Positions 55,278 through 64,000 of a DNA stretch of 64,000 nucleotides are shown in pieces. A model generated the notes under the pieces. That model searched no databases, was not told where the DNA came from, and saw only the letters and a list, made by a program, of their open reading frames with translations. Every line of letters begins with the position of its first letter. The stretch's first letter is position 1. Made by a program: the position numbers and the translations under genes. The stretch is from Kondoa subrosea (lineage: Eukaryota): positions 1,315,118-1,379,117 of the forward strand of contig BCIN01000002.1 in NCBI GenBank assembly GCA_039545335.1. The letters are read 5' to 3'.

Positions 55278-55636
55278 CGTCCTGCTCGACTTCCCAATCG
55301 TTTTCTATCGCGGGGCACGGTTTCTAGAGATTTTCAAGTTGTATTTGTTTCGTTTTCGTGTTTTCCCGCATGAAACTGTCGTGTTTTGGCAGCAGAGGTC
55401 GCTTTTCTTGTTCAGAGACAATTCCAGAGTGTCAATTCGTCTTCTTTCTTTCATCTCCTTCTGCTGAAACTCCAATTTCGCGCTCTTTTCTTCAACGCTA
55501 CATCCCTTGTTTCCTTATCGACAATGTGATTTGCACGATTGTGAGCTCGACAGAGAAATGATAGCACGAGGTGTAAAAGGTAGCTCAAATAAGGACAGAT
55601 TATCTATGATTCATGGAATACCTGGTTATCTAATAT

Positions 55637-57286
55637 CTATTTCTTTGGTGTGTAAGGATATTGAGCAACCCAATGTCTCGCAATCTCTTCTCGAGTAGCA
55701 ACCCAAACATCTATTCCACAAATTTGTCAGCCGCTACTTACTTAGACGAAAGACTTAAAGCCCGAGCGTTGACTGACCTTCTTTCGTAGAGATATACTCG
55801 ACAAACTTCTTCAGAGCTTGGAATCGACCAGGACGTCCAACATAACGAGCATGAAGAGCACACGCTAAAAGAAAAAGTATGAGAGGGAAACCATCAAACT
55901 TCAAACTGTAAGGTCAAATTGCAAACGTACTGATATAAGCGGCTTTTCCTTCAAGTCCTTCTTCATAGACGGTATCGAAAGTATCTCGCATCTGTTCGAA
56001 GAAAGCGTTACTGGAACCAAAACCTCCAGTAATGTAGAATTTGAAGTCCTGTTATATGGCTCACCGGATCAGTAGGCGAAAACAAGAAGCCACTTCATTT
56101 CACGTACATTATTATCGTATGTGTAAGGCATCATGAGTAGACCTTCCTCGTCAGAGCCTAGCGGTCGAGGGATCCAGTAAGGCAGATCGTCGGCATAAGC
56201 TAATGAACAGTTTTGTCAAACAGAACACACAGCGTGTACCGCAAAAGCAACTCACTGTCAGCTTGGTACAGCAATTCTAGTCCTAGTTCTTTGTAAACTT
56301 TGCACAGTAATGCCCGGCTGCGAGGCGAAGGGCGCCCTTTAATCACCATTAATAATCAGCTTGTGTTTGCCGGGGTGCAATTCGACTACTCACCATAGTA
56401 CCAGCCAACAGGAGCTTTACCAGTCTTGCTACATTTCTGGAATGCTGCAATGCCTTCCCTGATCAACTTCTCCTCTTCATCAGCTGGCATGTAGCGATAA
56501 TTGATCCATCGATGAGCATGAGAGGCTGTCTCATGACCAGCATCGTCACAAGCATGAGCTATGAGAGGATTCTTCAGGTAAGCCAATCCCAAAGCGTAGA
56601 TAGTACTAAGAATGATGGATTCAGATCAAGCTCAGAGAAAGCGATAACTTTTGCCCTCACATTCGATAGTCGTATTTCTTGAACAGGTTGAGTAATCTCC
56701 ACATACCGACTCTGAACTGAAATTTAGCCCTCTCAAGCGGCAAATTATGTTGACCTTCACCTAGATCCGTATTCGAATTGCGTTTCGCATGCAAGATCTC
56801 GCTCGCCCATGAGCGGAGCAGTCTTAAGAGCAATTAAGCATCATCGAAGTCTTCGAAGAGCCTTTACACTGACCGGACCAGTCTCTTGAAGCATACTGCG
56901 TACACTTCAGTCTGGCAGTTACTTAGCTGGAACAGCAGCTTACACTTCTGAGCCTTCGTCTCCATTGTCCACGGTATTCTCTGCTCCTTCCTACTTATAC
57001 CTTATAAGTCTTCATTATAGACCGCGCGATCATGGAGAACCTGCCTCGTAGTTCTGTGTGAGCTAAATCAGCATCTGTTGCGACATTGCAACTAGTGAGA
57101 TCACCTACGATCACGAAATTGACCGCAATCTTAGCTCCGTTGGGCCATTTGGGGTCTGGTCTGTCTGGCCCATATCCAATAAGGTCCCGCTCCCTGACCA
57201 GAGCGTTAAAGCGGGACCTAATATTTAGGGTTAAGCATCACATACGGGAAGACTGTGAGAGCTTCGGTTTCTTGTTTGGTAAGCAT
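55637..57286 (-). CDS. puuE: PuuE-type (metal-independent allantoinase-like) polysaccharide deacetylase-fold hydrolase
   Basis: ERDLIGYGPDRPDPKWPNGAKIAVNFVINYEEGAE, FEYGSRVG.WRLL, ASHAHRW, GWYYGRPS, YADDLPYW, PYTYD, GRPGR, WVATREEIARHW. Confidence 0.9.
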
Positions 57287-57339
57287 AGTGTATTGTAGAT
57301 GCGTTGTTTAATTGTGCGTAGACGTGTGATGGCAAGGGA

Positions 57340-57495
57340 GATAGGCTGCAGGTATTGATAAAGATACCTTCGGAACCGCTTTGTCGGATCGGATGCTGAA
57401 TGTTGCCCACTTTCGCTTGAGATAAGTGCAGAGACAGTCGGATAAAGGTCGATAAGCCATGTTTTTGCCAAGTAGCGATGAGCGGATAAGTTGCA
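57340..57495. promoter_or_regulatory. GATAA cluster plus CGG repeats upstream of the PuuE-like gene
   Basis: GATAA at 57357, 57421, 57441, 57451 and 57485; CGG-N11-CGG-AT-CGGATGC at 57371-57396. Confidence 0.7.
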
Positions 57496-57637
57496 TAACG
57501 GTTGTTGGCTGAAAGCAAGACGCTGGAGCTCAGATCGCTCTAATTGTACAAAATTCAGTGAAATTGACAATACATTGATATCGCGTTCTCACCGAAGCAA
57601 AAGCGTTCAGCATGCGCTTTCCTTTTTGTGAATACTT

Positions 57638-59757
57638 CTATGTCCCAGCACCCTTCTCTATTTTGTGCTGCTCCTCCTCCACCATAGTTTCGCTCGCTAT
57701 CGAATCGCTTTGCTGTTCCACGTCCTTTTCCTTTGCCAGGACTGCTATTGGTACAGCCACGGATTGCGACACTTGGCTAAGTCTGATGTCCTATCAGGTG
57801 TCTAGAAGTCAGCCTCTGCGGAGGGCGCCAACACTGGCTTTACCTTTAAGAAGAGACATATCAGCAAGCAAATGCCGACGATAGGTACAAAGAGGATGAA
57901 GACAGCCTTAAGACCTTTCATGTCTGTGCGAGTACAATGAGAAAGAGCGCAAATGACAAAGATCGGCGACTGACAAGCTTCTATTACAGCCAAGCGCTGT
58001 GCTTCGGGCGCGGAAGAAGAAAGAATAGGCCTATCTTCTAATTGCTGTCTTATTTCTGGCGTTATAGAAGGAGGGAGGTTTGAGAAGAAGATATTATTGA
58101 GAACAGCATTGCATACAGCGAGTGCTATTGCTCCGCCCGACTAGCGATCGGTCAGAGTGTATTCATATGTCACCCTGCGTATATAGCTTACTGTTCGAGC
58201 AAAATTGCGAGCGCCTGTAATAACAGCACGATCTTGCGAAGGTCCTGATGCTTGTGCCAGAACAAGGGTACTTTGTAGAGTAGCCCCGATGCCAATGCCT
58301 TGTATCAGTAGCACTACAACGACAACACCTGGTGAGGTACCAGAAGCGAAACACAATTGAGCGCCTTGTCCAGCAAACCAGAAGACGAAACCAAACACAA
58401 AAGATGACCAAGTTCGATCGGTCTTCTTGACAACGAAGCCTGAAATAGTAGTAGTAAAGACTTGGGTGAGAACAAGAGGTAAAAGCAGAGTAGCGGAGAG
58501 AATTGGACTGCATCCGAGCACATTTTGTAAGTAGAGCGGTACATAGAAGACTACAATAGAGCGTCAGCACCGCCACTTGACAAGTCAGAAGTTAATTAAT
58601 TACTGTTTCCATAATACACTGCACCAACAAGCCAAGTTTGTAGTAGTAAGAAACATATATTCTTGTTCTTGAATCTGTATGAACATCAGAAACATGCTCA
58701 GAGTCGTATGGAAACAACTCACAGCCTTCCTGGTATCAGTGGAAGCTTTGCTATTCGCCATTCAACAAAGATGAAGAGAGCTAAAGCGATTCCACCGGCA
58801 ACGAAAAGACCAATGACCGTTGACGACGACCAAGCAAAAGTCGAGCCTCCTCCAGATGCCGGAACCTACATTGTGTTTGTAACATTACACAGATCTAGGA
58901 GGGAAAGCTTACCAGAATCAATATCGTCATTGCCAGACTAAGGAAACTGCCAAACCAATCCATTGCCTTCATTTTTGACCAGAAGTTGCCTGATACAGGT
59001 GCCAGAGGAACAAGAAACCAGATGAGGATCATGCAGCAGAATGAACAGGGTGCCGTAATCCAGAAGACCTGTTTTTAGATAATTAATCTCTGTCCAATCT
59101 ACGGGCCATTGAACTTGCCCAGCCCCAGTATATCTTCTCAGCGATTGCTCCACCCAAGAATGGACCAGCTGCTGATCCCAAAGCAATAGCGATTCCGAGC
59201 AGCCTGGAAGTCTCTGGTCAGCTGGCTTTTTCCATCTCGAATCTTAAGCACTACCGACCCTTGGTATTTGCCTCGATCTTCTAGTGACACTACATCCGAT
59301 AGAATGATCATACTGTTTACAAAGCAGTTCAGCTGTGAATGAGGCAGTGCTCTACGGAAGACATAAGTCACCTCAAACTGTTGATTCCACCACCGCCAAT
59401 TCCCGCTATACCTCTCGCATAGTATAGCCATACTGGATTCTTTGCGAACCCACATAGCAGATCCCCAAAAGCGAACAAAGCTAGAGCACCGAGAAGTATT
59501 ATTTTCCTGCCAAAGCAATCTGATAATCTTGAAGTGATAATTTGGAAAGCTGTATTGGCTACAAGAAATGAAGTCCCAAGCCAAGTAATCGAGCTGGATG
59601 CCTGTAGAGCTTCACCAATTATTGGAGCCGCTGTTGAAACAGAAGTCGAATCCACGAAAGATAGAAAGAGAGCTACTTGAAGGCCGAAGAAGACTAGCAT
59701 AAGCTTGCTCTTTGAAAGACGCGATGTCTGATCTTGCAATTGTACTTCAGATGCCAT
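57638..59757 (-). CDS. MFS transporter, DHA2 (14-TM) drug:H+ antiporter-like
   Basis: LFLSFVDSTSVSTAAP, WLGTSFLVA, SRLSDCFGRK, ARGIAGIGGGG, SDVVSLEDRGKYQG, RNFART.GGAI. Confidence 0.92.
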
Positions 59758-60015
59758 GCTCGAAATCTTGATCAAGGCGCGGGCGAGAAAAATCAAGTAT
59801 TGCGATAGACTTCGCGTAGGCCAGAGAGACGCCAGTAGAGGACTAGAACTGCTAATGAGACGGGACAGACCCCTCTAGAGATTCTTGTGCCAAATTACAA
59901 CTTCCGACGGATTGTCCTATCGGATGCGCAGGGTCTCGGTGTGGAGACTTGTATCTTTCAACTTGTGTTCTTTATCGAAATCAAGCGAGACAGTATACCC
60001 CTAGTCGCCATAACT
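59758..60015. promoter_or_regulatory. Bidirectional MFS/P450 promoter with CTTCCG-A-CGG-N10-CGGATGC element
   Basis: 258 bp between divergent ATGs; element at 59901-59927. Confidence 0.65.
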
Positions 60016-62229
60016 ATGCTCGGCGCCAGCGAAGATTCGACGATTCAAGTTTCTTCTCTTATCGGCTACGTAGCAATCGCTGTACTTGGCTTCTTGCTCA
60101 TTCAGGCAGTTCGAAGTATATACTTGTGAGTTTTGCGGACAGCTTGAAGTACTGAGGCTGAGCTTTGTTCGCATTGACAGCTCGCCTATTTCGCATATCA
60201 ATGGACCCTTCCTTGCCAAAATCACAAACTATTGGGGCCTCTTCTGGAACGCTTTGGGTATCAAATATCTCAAGGTTCATGAGCATCTGGTTCGTCCTTT
60301 TCGTGGTCGGAAGAATCAAAGCTAAAGTCTTTCCTCGCGCAGATCGATGCCGCTGTCGTGCGAGTCGGGCCAAATGCTGTGACTGTGAGATCCTATGAGT
60401 ATCTTCCGACTGTGTATCAGTCCAAATGGGACAAGGTGCGCGCCGTGACTGCATTCAGCGCTGCAAAATAATGCTTACGTAATCTTCAGATTAATGCGTA
60501 TGCTGGATTCACTACGAATCATGGGACCCCAAACAGCTTCTCGGCCATGTTAGTCGCACTAACTTATCTCTTGGGTCAGAGCTGACGAATGGAGAAAGAT
60601 TGGCCAGCGAAGCTCAAGGCAAGAGAAGAGGCATGCTCCCTCACTATGCTACTTCCAATCTGCTAGAGTGGCAGCCAACCTTCGAACATCATGTCAGCTA
60701 TCTTTTTCGCCCTTCCAAACGGATTTTGACAATCTGCAGATGCTGGAACTCGTCAAAGTCATTCGCGAAGCTGGTCCAAACAAGGCTATAGACATTCTTG
60801 CTTTGACTGCTCACTCCCTGATCGACGTAGGCCAACCTTCGGTATCTGTCTGCATAATGAAGCTGATTTAACATCACGCTAGTTGTTATGCGAAATCGTT
60901 CTGGATACTAATATTGGCGCAGTAGCGGACTTTGCGAAAGACCAACCGAATCATCTAGCGCGAGCTATCACTTCTTGGCCGAAAAGAGGCACAATTGTAG
61001 GTTCCTTTCGTTAAAATAGCGTTTGAATCACTCCAAGACGCCCGTACTTTGCAGAAAGGCCAACTTCCGCCTCTATTGTGGCGACTAGTGTCTTTGATTC
61101 CTAATAAGAAATGGCAGTATATTGTGCAATCTGATGCGGACTTGGCAGCTGTATGTCTAATGGTTCAAGCTTTCATAGTATGCTCTAATTTGTCACGAAG
61201 TTTGTCGCACCATTGGTTAGAAAGAGTCGAAAGCAACTGGAAGACCAGGAAAAACCTGATAGACCATGTTTGATCCACCGCTTATCAACGGTGTGAGTTC
61301 GGCGATCGATGCAACTGGAATTTTGCTGATATAGTCTTAGTACAAACACTACCACCGGATCTCTATGGGAAGAAGCACATGTTACTAGCGAATGTATAGA
61401 CCACGTAAGCTCGGAGCTCATTCCAACAAACCTCTTGAGACCTAAAGTGCTTGCTTGTCGGAACCAGTTCTTGGCTGGAACAGAAACAACAAGCACGTCG
61501 ATGGCTTACTTGCTGTGGCAACTATCACAGTCACCTGAAGTCGCCGTCAAGCTTCAAGGGGAATTGGATGGTATCATGCAAGCCGATGAAGTCCCTTCTT
61601 TGCAACTTTTGGGTAGACTGCCTTACCTGAATGCAGTGATCAAAGAGAGTGAGTAGATTGCCTTGTGATCCAGCACGTAGCTGATATATGTAGGTCTCCG
61701 ACTGTACACACCTGCTCTAGGCTCTTTAGATCGTATTGTTCCGCCAGAAGGTGTTGTTTGTAGTGGTATTCCTATCCCAGGAGGTAGGGCTTGGCAATTG
61801 CTATCGTTTGAGCTGTTTCTGATTCTTCTTTTTCTCGGGTACAGGTACAGCGATTGGTTTACAGTCTTATACCACTCATCGAGACCCTGAAGTATGGGAA
61901 GATCCCTTCAGTGAGCCTTTCATACTCAGTCTCTGGCCACATGCTTATCTGCTCTGGGAAAAGCCTTCAAGCCTGAACGCTGGTTGGAAGAAACAGCAGC
62001 TATGAAAGCAGCTTTCATTCCTTTCTCCATCGGTGGTCGAAACTGTCCTGGTCAAAATCTGGCACTCGTCGATATGCGTTTCTTCACTTCTACAATCATG
62101 CGTAATTTCGATGTCAGAGCTGCACCTCAAACAACGACTGAATCTATGCGCCCTTATGATCTTACCACTGTGTCGCCGACTTCTGGCAAATGCGATCTGA
62201 TCTTCAGCTCGAGGAAAGCGAAGGCTTGA
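60016..62229 (+). CDS. Cytochrome P450 monooxygenase
   Basis: N-terminal TM, SPISHINGPFLAKIT, VVRVGPN, AGTETTS, PYLNAVIKE.LR, FKPERW, PFSIGGRNCPG. Confidence 0.94.
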
Positions 62230-62351
62230 TTTGGGCTCGTGATCTTCTTGACCGTGTACATAACACTAGAGATTCAGCCAGATATCTTCTTCCAATGCAA
62301 CGGCTTTACTTTTATCTTCTTTCACAAAGCTCGATAGTGACCTCTTTGGCT

Positions 62352-62453
62352 TTGAGATGCAGGCAAAGTTCAGATCAAATAGCGCAGAGCTCAAGCATGC
62401 ATTGAGACGTAGGCAAAGTTCAGATTAAATAGCGCAGAGCTCAGGCATGCATT
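62352..62453. repeat. Imperfect 50-bp-period tandem duplication between P450 and SDR 3' ends
   Basis: TTGAGATGCAGGCAAAGTTCAGATCAAATAGCGCAGAGCTCAAGCATGCA followed by TTGAGACGTAGGCAAAGTTCAGATTAAATAGCGCAGAGCTCAGGCATGCA. Confidence 0.93.
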
Positions 62454-62533
62454 AAACTTCTGATCGTTTTTACAAAAGGTCGCTGCACATATACCTCACT
62501 GTCGACACGACGACTCAGGAGAAGGTCCAAAAC

Positions 62534-63765
<1,232 letters not shown>

Positions 63766-63974
63766 GCTTGATAGACTCAGCTTGTTCCTTGCACTTGCTT
63801 GGGGTTTGCTTGGACACGCGAGATAAGCAATTCCTTCGATCACATGTCTCTGTCGGCTGTATCTTATCGGATGCTTGCATTTGAGGAAGTTCCGAATTGA
63901 AGCGACCTTCCGTCCGGAAGTGGAAACGAACTCTGCTCTCTATCAATTCCCATTACCCTGCTTCCATCTTCACA
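63766..63974. promoter_or_regulatory. SDR promoter (probably bidirectional) with GATAAG boxes and CGG elements
   Basis: GATAAGC 63822, CTTATC 63863, CGG-N11-CGGATGC 63854-63874, inverted CTTCCG-TC-CGGAAG 63907-63920. Confidence 0.65.
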
Positions 63975-64000
63975 ATGCTCAACGAGAAAGAAAAGGATTT
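63975..64000 (+). CDS. Possible start of a further gene divergent from the SDR (MLNEKEKD...)
   Basis: ATG in ACAATG context, open to the window edge; only 8 codons visible. Confidence 0.3.

Noticed and set aside
57224..57233. TTAGGG telomere-like hexamer
   Set aside because: Single copy inside an intron
62352..62453. CRISPR-like or MITE interpretation of the 50-bp repeat
   Set aside because: Only two abutting copies, no spacers, no terminal inverted repeats, eukaryotic context

Overview
Gene-dense, intron-rich eukaryotic DNA with ~45-65 nt GT-AG/GC-AG introns, many micro-exons and short intergenic spacers. It is most consistent with a basidiomycete fungus; the taxon cannot be fixed from sequence alone. 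About 33 protein-coding genes can be reconstructed by hand. Housekeeping genes include SDA1, fumarate reductase-cytochrome b5, POM33, ULP1, GGC1, uL5m, uL24m, SRP receptor beta, NDUFB7 and RPB5. Cell-wall enzymes are a GH17 and a GH18. There is also a tandem of three divergent C2H2 zinc-finger genes and an HVA1/DUF2945 gene missing from the ORF track. The most interesting element is a putative co-regulated catabolic cluster at the right end: a PuuE-type hydrolase, a DHA2 MFS transporter, a cytochrome P450 and an SDR, probably continuing past the window. Its three promoter regions share the 9-mer ATCGGATGC within CGG-N10/11-CGG repeats, and two of them carry GATAA boxes. A divergent amidase/Old Yellow Enzyme pair about 8 kb upstream has related motifs. 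No rRNA, tRNA, CRISPR array or intact transposon was recognised. All exon models are manual and need RNA-seq confirmation.
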